This document shows, in pieces, positions 28,277 to 36,109 of a stretch of DNA of 36,571 nt. Source of the stretch: Candidatus Doudnabacteria bacterium RIFCSPHIGHO2_02_FULL_42_25 (GTDB lineage: Bacteria; Patescibacteriota; Doudnabacteria; UBA920; O2-02-FULL-48-8); contig MFEQ01000006.1 in NCBI GenBank assembly GCA_001777665.1, positions 90,309-126,879 of the forward strand, in the 5' to 3' direction. The first letter of the stretch is position 1. The number at the start of each line of letters is the position of its first letter. The notes beneath the pieces are model-generated. The model did not search any database. It saw only the letters and a program-made list of their open reading frames with translations, and was not told the origin of the DNA. The translations under genes were made by a program, and so were the position numbers.

Positions 28277-28936
28277 TTAAACTTTAAGCTTTAACTTGTT
28301 GCCTTCAAAAACTTCGCCTTTGTTGATCCAAACTTTAATACCGATCGTGCCGTATGTAGTAAATGCTGTAACTCTAGCAAAATCAATATTCGCTCTCAAA
28401 GTATGCAAAGGAAGCTTACCTTTGAACAATCTTTCGGATCGGGCAATTTCAGCTCCACCTAATCGGCCTGAACATTCGATACGAACACCAATCGCTCCGG
28501 ATTCCATAACTTTCTCAATCGAAGCTTTCATCGCACGTCGGAAAGCAATACGTCGTTCAATCTGGTCTGCAATGTCTTGGGCTATAACTTGGGCTTGAAG
28601 ATTTACATCCTTGATTTCTTCGATATTGATCTTCATTTCCAATTTATCAAGTTTCAAATGCTTCAAAATCTTCTTTTTCAACTCTTCGATCCCGCCACCA
28701 CCTTTTCCGATAATCATTCCAGGTTTCGTGGTTTTGATATTTATATAAAGTCTGTTGCTGTATCGTTCGATATCGACGCGAACCAATCCGGACTTTTTCA
28801 AAGCATTACCAAGGAAAGCTCGAATTTTCGTATCTTCAGCAAGAAGAGTTGCAAAACCAGTCTTGGTCAGCCATCGTGACTTCCAAGTGTCTGTAATTTT
28901 CAGTCTTAAACTATTTGCGTTTACTTTATGTCCCAT
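28277..28936 (-). CDS. rpsC: 30S ribosomal protein S3
   Basis: PGMIIGKGG, SGRLGGAEIAR, PLHTLRANID. Confidence 0.98.
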   Translation of the reverse strand: MGHKVNANSLRLKITDTWKSRWLTKTGFATLLAEDTKIRAFLGNALKKSGLVRVDIERYSNRLYINIKTTKPGMIIGKGGGGIEELKKKILKHLKLDKLEMKINIEEIKDVNLQAQVIAQDIADQIERRIAFRRAMKASIEKVMESGAIGVRIECSGRLGGAEIARSERLFKGKLPLHTLRANIDFARVTAFTTYGTIGIKVWINKGEVFEGNKLKLKV

Positions 28937-28940
28937 AAAA

Positions 28941-29486
28941 TTATTGACCCGATCTCCTGTTAAATAATCGACGTTTCAAACTAATCTTTTGCTGCTTCAT
29001 CTTTTCATCAGATTTCGGAGCTTGTTTCGGGACATTCTGCTTTTCTGACGCTTGACCAGCTTCAGGAAGAGCTACGGCTTTTGGTCGAAGTGAGAAAACT
29101 GATCTAGATTTTTTCTTGGATTTACCAGCTCTGGATTCTAATACGACACTAATATGACTAGTTCTCTTTCGTTCTACGAATGCTCGTCCTTGTGCTCTTG
29201 GCGCATATCTTTTATAAACTGGTCCGCCATCTACAGTTAGAGATTTAATAAACATATCATCTTTATTCATATTGAAATTATGCACGCCATTGGCAATAGC
29301 AGAATTGATCGCTTTGCTTAGTGGAAGAGCAGCGTTCTTCGAAGAAAATCTAAGCTGTTCCAATGCATCAGAAACATGCATTTTTCTAACCAAATCAGCG
29401 ACAAGTCGAAGCTTTCGCGGAGAGACATGAATGTATCTTGCGAACGCTTTAACCTCGGTATGCAGTTTGGGATTCTTTTCAGCCAT
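28941..29486 (-). CDS. rplV: 50S ribosomal protein L22 with a C-terminal extension
   Basis: SPRKLRLVADLVR, PRAQGRA, RTSHI; about 60-aa basic tail. Confidence 0.96.
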   Translation of the reverse strand: MAEKNPKLHTEVKAFARYIHVSPRKLRLVADLVRKMHVSDALEQLRFSSKNAALPLSKAINSAIANGVHNFNMNKDDMFIKSLTVDGGPVYKRYAPRAQGRAFVERKRTSHISVVLESRAGKSKKKSRSVFSLRPKAVALPEAGQASEKQNVPKQAPKSDEKMKQQKISLKRRLFNRRSGQ

Positions 29487-29494
29487 AAATTTAT

Positions 29495-29573
29495 CTACGA
29501 ACTTACGAAATTTTTACGAAAATACGAAAGAAAGCTATTTTCGTATGTTCGTATTCTTTTCGTACTTTCGTAG
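29495..29573. repeat. Modular inverted repeat copy 5
   Basis: CTACGAA..x4 loop TTCGTA..x4 G, in the rpsS-rplV spacer. Confidence 0.88.
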
Positions 29574-29576
29574 CCA

Positions 29577-29912
29577 TTACTTTTTGGGCTCCTCTTTAGC
29601 AGCAGTTGTGGCACGTCTTTCAGCGTCAGCAGCTGCCAATGCTTCATCTTTTGCCATCTTACCACCATGTCTAGTAAATTTCCGAGTTGGAGCAAACTCA
29701 CCGAGTTTGTGGCCAACCATGTTTTCTGAAGGAATAACTGTAATAAAATTCTTACCCTGGTGGACGAGGAAAGTCATGCCAACCATTTCAGGAAAAATCG
29801 TAGAATCACGTGACCAAGTTTTAATTTGAACTTTAGAACCTGGTTTGTTCTTCTGAACTTTCTCTAATAATTTTGGATCGATAAAAGGTCCTTTTTTCAG
29901 TGATCGTGACAT
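29577..29912 (-). CDS. rpsS: 30S ribosomal protein S19
   Basis: [26 protein letters not shown]. Confidence 0.98.
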   Translation of the reverse strand: MSRSLKKGPFIDPKLLEKVQKNKPGSKVQIKTWSRDSTIFPEMVGMTFLVHQGKNFITVIPSENMVGHKLGEFAPTRKFTRHGGKMAKDEALAAADAERRATTAAKEEPKK

Positions 29913-29913
29913 A

Positions 29914-30747
29914 TTATTTGCTTCGTCTCTTAACTATAAATCTAGAACTTGCTCTCTTTGGGTTACGGGTGCGGACACCAAGTGCGTGTTTACCCCAAGG
30001 AGTTTTCGGATATTTAAGCCCAATTGGGTTATGACCTTCTCCACCACCATGAGGGTGATCCACAGGGTTCATAGCTTTACCGCGTACAGATGGACGAATT
30101 CCCATGTGTCGAGTGCGTCCAGCTTTACCGATTCTAACATACATCCAGTCGACATTTGAAACTTGCCCGAGTGTAGCATAAGCATTGCCAGCAACTTTTC
30201 GAATTTCGCCTGATGGCATTTTCAATAAAACGTGCTCGCCTTCACTAGCGGAAATAATAGCGTAGTTCCCTGCGGCTCTAGCGATTTGACCACCACGTCC
30301 AGCCAAAATTTCTATACTGTGGACATTGGTTCCTACCGGGATATTTTTGAGCATCATACGATTCCCGACTTTCACTTCAGTTCGAGGAGCTGTGAGTAAA
30401 ATAGTTCCGACTTTCACTCCATCTGGAGCGAGGATGTATCGCTTCTCACCATCACGGTATGCAAGCAGGGAAATAAAAGCACTTCGTCCTGGATCATATT
30501 CGAGAGTCTGAACTTTTGCAGGAATATTCAACTTTTCACGCATAAAATCAATCATCCGGACTTTTTGCTTGTGTCCACCACCTTGGTGTCTGGTGGTAAT
30601 CAAACCGCGATTGTTTCGGCCGCCGGTTTTTTTCTTAGACACAATCAAAGCATTCGGAGCTTTGACTCGTTTTCTTAGAACAGAATAATCCGTAACTGAA
30701 TGAATTCTGCGTCCTGGTGAAGTTGGTTTGTAGATTTTGATAGCCAT
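29914..30747 (-). CDS. rplB: 50S ribosomal protein L2
   Basis: [29 protein letters not shown]. Confidence 0.98.
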   Translation of the reverse strand: MAIKIYKPTSPGRRIHSVTDYSVLRKRVKAPNALIVSKKKTGGRNNRGLITTRHQGGGHKQKVRMIDFMREKLNIPAKVQTLEYDPGRSAFISLLAYRDGEKRYILAPDGVKVGTILLTAPRTEVKVGNRMMLKNIPVGTNVHSIEILAGRGGQIARAAGNYAIISASEGEHVLLKMPSGEIRKVAGNAYATLGQVSNVDWMYVRIGKAGRTRHMGIRPSVRGKAMNPVDHPHGGGEGHNPIGLKYPKTPWGKHALGVRTRNPKRASSRFIVKRRSK

Positions 30748-30748
30748 A

Positions 30749-31180
30749 CTAGATTCCTTCGGCTAAGCCGGAAATTTTTTCACCTTGTTTTAATGTCACG
30801 ATGGCCTTCTTCCAATCTTGAGTGCGGCCCATGACTCGTCCCTGTCGGCGGGATTTACCTTGAACATTCGCGATATTTACTTTAACGACATGGACATCAT
30901 AAACTTTTTCTATAGCTTTCTTAACTTCAATTTTATTCGCGTTGCGATCAACTCGGAATACATATCTGCCGGTAGTCGAAAACATATTAGTCTTTTCCGA
31001 CAAATGATGGTTTTTCAAAATTCTGTGTGCTGAACCGGTGTCCTCTTTCAGTACAACCGGCTTGCCCTCCGTAGCTTTAGCGGAGGAGGGCTCTTGGACC
31101 ATATCCAAGACATTCTCTTCTTTCTTCTTCTTACTCCCCTTGTCCCCTTTATTCCCTTTTATTCTATCGAGAAGTCCCAT
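30749..31180 (-). CDS. rplW: 50S ribosomal protein L23 with an N-terminal extension
   Basis: SEKT, ANKIEVKKAIE, WKKAIVTL. Confidence 0.95.
   Translation of the reverse strand: MGLLDRIKGNKGDKGSKKKKEENVLDMVQEPSSAKATEGKPVVLKEDTGSAHRILKNHHLSEKTNMFSTTGRYVFRVDRNANKIEVKKAIEKVYDVHVVKVNIANVQGKSRRQGRVMGRTQDWKKAIVTLKQGEKISGLAEGI
31061..31091. repeat. In-frame REP-like palindrome within rplW
   Basis: CTTGCCCTCCGTAGCTTTAGCGGAGGAGGGC; stem CCTCCG/CGGAGG; encodes PSSAKATEGK. Confidence 0.55.
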
Positions 31181-31808
31181 ATGTTTTTTCTATTACAGTT
31201 AAGGCATCTTTCAAAACCACCACATCGTACTTCATCAAATCAACAACATTCAACTGATTTGCGTATAAAATTTTCACATTGGCAAGGTTTCTGACAGCGC
31301 GTTCCAATTCAGCATTTTTCGCATCCATCACTACCAAATATTTTTTACCCAAACCAGCTTTGGTCGCGAAATCATTCAATCTTTTCGAAATTTCTTTAGT
31401 CTTCGCAGTTTTATCCAAATTTTCGAGCACAACTAATTTCTTATCATTTAATTTATCAGTCAAAATAGTAAACAAAGCTTTACGCCATGCAGAGCGGTTC
31501 ATTTTCAAAGACCAATTTCGATCTGATCGTGGTCCAAATGTAATTCCACCGTGTCGCCAAATTGGAGATCGGATAGAACCAGCTCGAGCGCGTCCAGTAC
31601 CTTTTTGCTTCCAAGGCTTTCGGCCACTACCTGCGACTTCACCTCGGTTTTTGGTATGAGCTAGTGCTGATCTTGCGTTGGATAGTTGGATTCGAACAGC
31701 CGAATGCACCAAATTCGCGTCGATTTTTTCCACGCCAAAAATCTTTGGATTGAGATCCAAATCTGTAACTTTGTCACCTGTTTGGTTATAGACGACGACT
31801 TTGGGCAT
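31164..31808 (-). CDS. rplD: 50S ribosomal protein L4
   Basis: TKNRGEVAGSGRKPWKQKGTGRARAGS, FGPR. Confidence 0.98.
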   Translation of the reverse strand: MPKVVVYNQTGDKVTDLDLNPKIFGVEKIDANLVHSAVRIQLSNARSALAHTKNRGEVAGSGRKPWKQKGTGRARAGSIRSPIWRHGGITFGPRSDRNWSLKMNRSAWRKALFTILTDKLNDKKLVVLENLDKTAKTKEISKRLNDFATKAGLGKKYLVVMDAKNAELERAVRNLANVKILYANQLNVVDLMKYDVVVLKDALTVIEKTYGTSR

Positions 31809-31811
31809 ATG

Positions 31812-32471
31812 TTATTTAATTAACCCTGGATAATCGGTGAAAATTCCATCGACACCGATCTTTTTCATTCGTTTTAATTCCTTCTCGGAATTGACTGTCC
31901 AGACGTAGATATTTTTCGCAAACTTGCGTAAATATTTAACAACCTGATCAGTCACGAACAAATTTCTTGGATGGATCGAATACAACTGCAAATTTCTAGT
32001 AAGCTGCATCATAATCGGCAAGAAATAAAATTTTCTCACCGGAATAATTAATCCCAGATGGACTTTTCCATCCAAAGCTCTGATTTTCTTGAGAACCCCC
32101 GGATAAAATGAGGAAATCAGAACCCTGTGCGGAAAATTTTTAATTTTGTTTAGAACTTTTTGCTCGATGCCTTGGACTTTGATTTCGATATTAACATCAA
32201 CGTCGATGGCGGCTAAGGCTTCGTCGAGAGTTGGAATCAATCGATACCGAGAAATGGCTCGCAATTCTGCCAAAGTACTTTTGGCAATGGCTTGTCCATC
32301 ATCGAACAATCTTTTCAATGTTCGGTCGTGGAAAAGTACTAGTTCTCCATCTCTTGTTACCCGTATATCGAGCTCGACCATTTTCACCCCATGCTCAATT
32401 GCTTTTTTCAAAGAACGGATTGTGTTCTCCGGTTCAAACCCTGATGCTCCTCTGTGCCCGATTACTAGCAT
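31812..32471 (-). CDS. Glycerophosphodiester phosphodiesterase (GDPD/GlpQ-UgpQ family)
   Basis: IGHRGASG..PENT, ELDI, HDRTL, NIEIK, VWTVN, GVDGIFTDYP. Confidence 0.93.
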   Translation of the reverse strand: MLVIGHRGASGFEPENTIRSLKKAIEHGVKMVELDIRVTRDGELVLFHDRTLKRLFDDGQAIAKSTLAELRAISRYRLIPTLDEALAAIDVDVNIEIKVQGIEQKVLNKIKNFPHRVLISSFYPGVLKKIRALDGKVHLGLIIPVRKFYFLPIMMQLTRNLQLYSIHPRNLFVTDQVVKYLRKFAKNIYVWTVNSEKELKRMKKIGVDGIFTDYPGLIK

Positions 32472-32479
32472 AAATCCGG

Positions 32480-33055
32480 TTATTTACGCATCGCCTGAAT
32501 CTTAACTATTCCACCATTTGCGCCTGGAACTGCTCCTTTTATTGCTATTAAATTCCGTGCTGCGTCGACATCCACTACTTCCAAATTCGTCACTGTTCTA
32601 GTGCCGCCCATACGTCCGGCCATGTGCAAACCTTTTCTGACGTGCTGTGGGAAACGGCCTCCGATAGCTCCGACTGCGCGAGGGTGATCATGTCCGTGAG
32701 ATGCTGGCGCTCCGTGGAAGTGCCATCGTTTAACTGGGCCTGCAAACCCCTTTCCTTTCATCTCTGCGGTAACTTTAACCTTATCACCAATAATAAACGT
32801 ATCAGCTTTGATCTCATCACCAGTGCTGTAGCTATCTTTATCATCAGTTCGGAATTCAACTAACTTTTTAAATTTATTGCCGGTTTTCTTTTTACCAAAT
32901 CCAACCTGAACAGCAGTGTATTTATCTTTGTCCATGGTTCGAACCAATGTCACTTTAACTGGACCCGCCTTCAAAATAGTTACCGGAACTACGATACCTT
33001 TGTCGGTAAACATCTGAGACATCTTCAATTTTTGAGCAATTATGAATTTGGCCAT
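32480..33055 (-). CDS. rplC: 50S ribosomal protein L3
   Basis: VPVTIL, KGKGFAGPVKR, MAGRMG, KGAVPG. Confidence 0.97.
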   Translation of the reverse strand: MAKFIIAQKLKMSQMFTDKGIVVPVTILKAGPVKVTLVRTMDKDKYTAVQVGFGKKKTGNKFKKLVEFRTDDKDSYSTGDEIKADTFIIGDKVKVTAEMKGKGFAGPVKRWHFHGAPASHGHDHPRAVGAIGGRFPQHVRKGLHMAGRMGGTRTVTNLEVVDVDAARNLIAIKGAVPGANGGIVKIQAMRK

Positions 33056-33057
33056 GA

Positions 33058-33221
33058 CTTTACTAATTACGAATTTTTACCAATATACGAATGGGTTTTT
33101 AAAAAACCGACCAGATCCCCTTTAATAAAGAAACCTGGTCGGTTCTTCAAGATTGGCGATATCCTGGGGGATCTTGACCCAATCTATTCGTATATTCGTA
33201 CTGATTAGTAATTCGTAAAGT
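33058..33221. repeat. Modular inverted repeat copy 6 enclosing a two-hairpin structured segment
   Basis: Arms 33058-33092 and 33186-33221; inner stems 33105-33144 and 33150-33185. Confidence 0.85.
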
Positions 33222-33222
33222 T

Positions 33223-33546
33223 CTACATCTTAATCTCGACGTCGACACCAGCTGGCAAATTGAGATTACTCAATGCATCTATGGTTTTCGGAGTCGGAGA
33301 AGAGATATCAATCAATCGTTTATGGATGCGCATCTCGAATTGCTCACGTGCATTCTTGTGCACAAAAGTCGATTTGTTGACTGTGTATTTTGTCTTTTCC
33401 GTTGGAAGAGGAACTGGACCCAATACACCTGCACCAGTCCGCTTTGCTGTATCGACAATTTGGCGGGCTGATTGATCAATCAACTTGTGATCATATCCTC
33501 GAATTTTGATTCTTATTCTGCTGACTGCAGCAACTTCTTGAGCCAT
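33223..33546 (-). CDS. rpsJ: 30S ribosomal protein S10
   Basis: [32 protein letters not shown]. Confidence 0.98.
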   Translation of the reverse strand: MAQEVAAVSRIRIKIRGYDHKLIDQSARQIVDTAKRTGAGVLGPVPLPTEKTKYTVNKSTFVHKNAREQFEMRIHKRLIDISSPTPKTIDALSNLNLPAGVDVEIKM

Positions 33547-33579
33547 CTTATATAATGAACTTAATTACACAACCCACTA

Positions 33580-33608
33580 ATACTACACGAAACGGAAGCC
33601 CCTGTAAA
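33580..33608 (-). promoter_or_regulatory. Putative rpsJ promoter embedded in the tuf terminator hairpin
   Basis: Minus strand TTTACA-N17-TAGTAT. Confidence 0.5.
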
Positions 33609-33621
33609 GAGGCTTCCGTTT
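33590..33621 (-). terminator. Hairpin/terminator after tuf
   Basis: AAACGGAAGCC-N10-GGCTTCCGTTT. Confidence 0.7.
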
Positions 33622-33627
33622 ACGTAT

Positions 33628-34815
33628 TTACTTCGTGATTTTGTTTACAACTCCAGCACCGACAGTGTGTCCACCTTCGCGAATAGCGAAGCGCATCTTT
33701 TCTTCCAAAGCAACTGGGGTAATCAACTTGACTTTGAGGGAAACAGTGTCTCCAGGCATGACCATTTCTTGACCTGCTGGCAATTCAACTTCTCCGGTTA
33801 CGTCTGTAGTTCGGATGTAGAATTGAGGCTTATAACCTTTGAAGAATGGAGTATGACGTCCGCCTTCTTCTTTGGTCAAAATATAAACTTCTGCATCAAA
33901 TTCAGTGTGAGGAGTAACTGATCCTGGTTTACACAAGACTTGTCCGCGTTCTACTTCATCTTTTTTGGTTCCGCGGAGCAAGATACCTGCGTTGTCACCA
34001 GCGCGTCCTTCATCCAATTGCTTGTTGAACATCTCAATACCAGTGACCACTGTTTTGACAGTTGGGCGGATACCGACGATTTCAATTTCTTCGTTGATTT
34101 TGATCATTCCACGTTCGATTCTTCCGGTGACTACAGTTCCTCGTCCTTCGATGGAGAAGATGTCTTCGATAGGCATCAAAAATGGTTTATCAATTTCACG
34201 AACTGGTTCAGGGATGTAAGAATCCAAATTTTCAATCAATTTGAGAATTGAAGCTTCGCCGATTTCGGAAGTATCACCTTCCAAAGCTTTCAAAGCTGAT
34301 CCTCGAACGATAGGGGTATCTTTTCCTGGAAAACCGTATTTGGTCAGTAAATCTCGGATTTCTTCTTCGACTAAGTCTAGTAATTCTTTATCATCAACCA
34401 TATCTACTTTGTTCATGTAGACGACGATGTAAGGAACTCCGACCTGTTTGGCCAGAAGAATGTGTTCTCGAGTTTGAGGCATAGGGCCGTCAGCTGCTGA
34501 CACGACCAAAATCGCACCATCCATCTGGGCGGCACCGGTGATCATGTTTTTGACATAGTCAGCGTGTCCCGGACAGTCGACGTGGGCGTAGTGACGCTTG
34601 TCAGATTCGTATTCTGCGTGAGAAGTATTAATAGTAATACCACGGGCCTTTTCTTCAGGAGCGTTGTCGATAGAATCGTAGGCGCGTGCTTTGGCTTTGC
34701 CTGATTTTGCTAAAACTGTGGTGATAGCAGCAGTCAAAGTGGTTTTGCCGTGGTCAACGTGACCGATGGTTCCGACGTTGACGTGAGGCTTGGAACGATC
34801 GAATTTTTCTGCCAT
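33628..34815 (-). CDS. tuf: Elongation factor Tu
   Basis: [31 protein letters not shown]; start MAEKFDRSK at 34815. Confidence 0.99.
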   Translation of the reverse strand: MAEKFDRSKPHVNVGTIGHVDHGKTTLTAAITTVLAKSGKAKARAYDSIDNAPEEKARGITINTSHAEYESDKRHYAHVDCPGHADYVKNMITGAAQMDGAILVVSAADGPMPQTREHILLAKQVGVPYIVVYMNKVDMVDDKELLDLVEEEIRDLLTKYGFPGKDTPIVRGSALKALEGDTSEIGEASILKLIENLDSYIPEPVREIDKPFLMPIEDIFSIEGRGTVVTGRIERGMIKINEEIEIVGIRPTVKTVVTGIEMFNKQLDEGRAGDNAGILLRGTKKDEVERGQVLCKPGSVTPHTEFDAEVYILTKEEGGRHTPFFKGYKPQFYIRTTDVTGEVELPAGQEMVMPGDTVSLKVKLITPVALEEKMRFAIREGGHTVGAGVVNKITK

Positions 34816-34955
34816 TTTACTGGCCTTTCCGGTGATTTTTAAGTGGTATCCAGTCCTCCCGAGCCTTAACAAAAACCCCATTTTGCGGGGGTTTAGCCAA
34901 GTTCAGGATGACGCCTGACTCAAAAACCGCCAATAATTAATTTACATGCCTAACG

Positions 34956-34984
34956 ATTATAGAGGATTTGGGGCAGTTTGTAAA
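34956..34984 (-). promoter_or_regulatory. tuf promoter
   Basis: Minus strand TTTACA-N17-TATAAT. Confidence 0.7.
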
Positions 34985-35057
34985 GGGTTTAGGTGTCTGT
35001 GGATAAACTAGCTTAAATTCTATAAATCAGATATTCTTATCTTATTGGGAGGGTTTA

Positions 35058-35183
35058 ATGGCCGATGATGAAGGACAATGGTGGCTCGGAATTATTGCGA
35101 TTGCGGCGATCATCGCAACTGCTCTCATCGGGCGAGATTGGGTACATCAGCTGATCGCCGGTGTAGCCGCAATCAGCAACTAG
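35058..35183 (+). CDS. Membrane micro-protein, 41 aa
   Basis: SD GGGAGG; MADDEGQWWLGIIAIAAIIATALIGRDWVHQLIAGVAAISN. Confidence 0.6.
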   Translation: MADDEGQWWLGIIAIAAIIATALIGRDWVHQLIAGVAAISN

Positions 35184-35200
35184 AAAAATCGGGAGGAACT

Positions 35201-35263
35201 ATGAGAAAAACGGGAAAGAAAAAGCCCAAGAACGGCTGGCCGATCTTCGGCTTTGGAGAGTAA
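35201..35263 (+). CDS. Basic peptide, 20 aa
   Basis: SD GGGAGG; MRKTGKKKPKNGWPIFGFGE. Confidence 0.4.
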   Translation: MRKTGKKKPKNGWPIFGFGE

Positions 35264-35284
35264 ACCGCCAACTCTGTCCGCCAT

Positions 35285-35323
35285 CCACCAAAGCATGAAT
35301 CCACGCCTCGGTGGCTTTTTTTT
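35285..35323 (+). terminator. Conserved two-stem terminator-like element A
   Basis: CCACC AAA GCATGAATCCACGC CTC GGTGG C T8. Confidence 0.65.
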
Positions 35324-35365
35324 ATATGCAAATAGGAGTAATCTTATGACTAGGAGAGGACTATA

Positions 35366-35503
35366 TTGCTAGTGACACTGACCGAGCTTCTCAACAATCT
35401 GCCCAAATACTTCTGGCTCGTTGCAGGAATTGGAACAGTCAGCATCGTGGTGGTCTTAGGACTCATCGCGAAAGTCCATAAAGATTGGGACGGAATCCGT
35501 TAA
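35366..35503 (+). CDS. Membrane micro-protein, 45 aa (TTG start)
   Basis: SD AGGAGAGGA; MLVTLTELLNNLPKYFWLVAGIGTVSIVVVLGLIAKVHKDWDGIR. Confidence 0.55.
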   Translation: MLVTLTELLNNLPKYFWLVAGIGTVSIVVVLGLIAKVHKDWDGIR

Positions 35504-35527
35504 CAAAGTAACTTTAAGGAGGAAATC

Positions 35528-35848
35528 ATGGAGTGGATCTGGTTTGTGCTTGCTGTACTAACTGGCCTCTACGCTTTCGGGTACCACTGTGCGTTGCGTT
35601 TCGCCACTGGCACATGGGATTACTCGAGTGAGCTTCATGACTCGGCGATGCATTTGTGTTTGAATGCAGGTGCATTCCCCGGCTGCTTCCGAAGAATCGC
35701 TTCAGGGTGGGGCTCCTTCACCATCTTCTCTCTGATATTCCTATCCGAGGGTAGAATTGCAGCAGCACTTGCGATTGCTGCCTTCATGGCGATCCTCGTA
35801 GGAATCCATATCTATTTCAACCGGTTCAGACCGGAGCTCAATCTATAA
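35528..35848 (+). CDS. Small membrane protein, 106 aa
   Basis: SD TAAGGAGG; about 3 hydrophobic segments. Confidence 0.7.
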   Translation: MEWIWFVLAVLTGLYAFGYHCALRFATGTWDYSSELHDSAMHLCLNAGAFPGCFRRIASGWGSFTIFSLIFLSEGRIAAALAIAAFMAILVGIHIYFNRFRPELNL

Positions 35849-35886
35849 CCACCAACACGTGATCAAACGCAGCGGTGGCTTTTTTT
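35849..35886 (+). terminator. Conserved two-stem terminator-like element B
   Basis: CCACC AAC ACGTGATCAAACGC AGC GGTGG C T7. Confidence 0.65.
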
Positions 35887-35975
35887 ATTTCTAAACTGTA
35901 TGCTTATAATGTAATCGGGAGGAATGAATAGTAGCTTAGACGCGATCTAACCGGCTAAACATTCAGGAGGTTGCT

Positions 35976-36044
35976 ATGTCGATTGGAAAAATGATCGCCG
36001 TCGCCCTGCTCATCTCGTCGTGGGTCTCTCTATTTGTCGGCTGA
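35976..36044 (+). CDS. Hydrophobic peptide, 22 aa
   Basis: SD AGGAGG; MSIGKMIAVALLISSWVSLFVG. Confidence 0.45.
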   Translation: MSIGKMIAVALLISSWVSLFVG

Positions 36045-36070
36045 AGTCGACTCTCGACCACGCTCCCCCT

Positions 36071-36109
36071 CCACCAAAGCATTCCCCAAATGCCTAGGTG
36101 GCTTTTTTT
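36071..36109 (+). terminator. Conserved two-stem terminator-like element C
   Basis: CCACC AAA GCATTCCCCAAATGC CTA GGTGG C T7; extended -10 TGCTATAAT follows at 36119. Confidence 0.65.

Noticed and set aside
29431-29829. ORFs 29495..29716(-) and 29431..29829(+), and the many other + strand ORFs opposite core genes
   Set aside because: Shadow frames of well-supported genes or translations of repeats, with no recognisable motifs.
24677-33221. TACGAA/TTCGTA repeats as a CRISPR array or simple microsatellite
   Set aside because: Units are 6 nt with 1-5-nt linkers arranged as inverted arms; there are no 25-45-nt repeats with unique spacers and no cas genes.
34816-34881. 22-aa N-terminal extension of EF-Tu from the ORF track
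   Set aside because: The canonical start [11 protein letters not shown] is at 34815; the upstream ATG lies in a leader hairpin.
34998-35006. oriC at the DnaA box
   Set aside because: Only one clear box; no cluster, DUE or dnaA nearby.
34816-35057. tRNA upstream of tuf
   Set aside because: No cloverleaf, T-loop GTTCRA stem or acceptor stem recognisable.
35078-35263. 61-aa ORF from the track
   Set aside because: Weaker SD; SD-led starts at 35058 (another frame) and 35201 explain the region better.
35924-35950. 8-aa ORF MNSSLDAI (and MTRRGLYC at 35346)
   Set aside because: Too short to support; the first has only 1-nt SD spacing and the second overlaps the SD of the 45-aa ORF.
35285-36109. 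Elements A-C as integron attC sites
   Set aside because: They lack RYYYAAC...GTTRRRY ends, are shorter than attC sites and end in a T-tract; no integrase is in the window.
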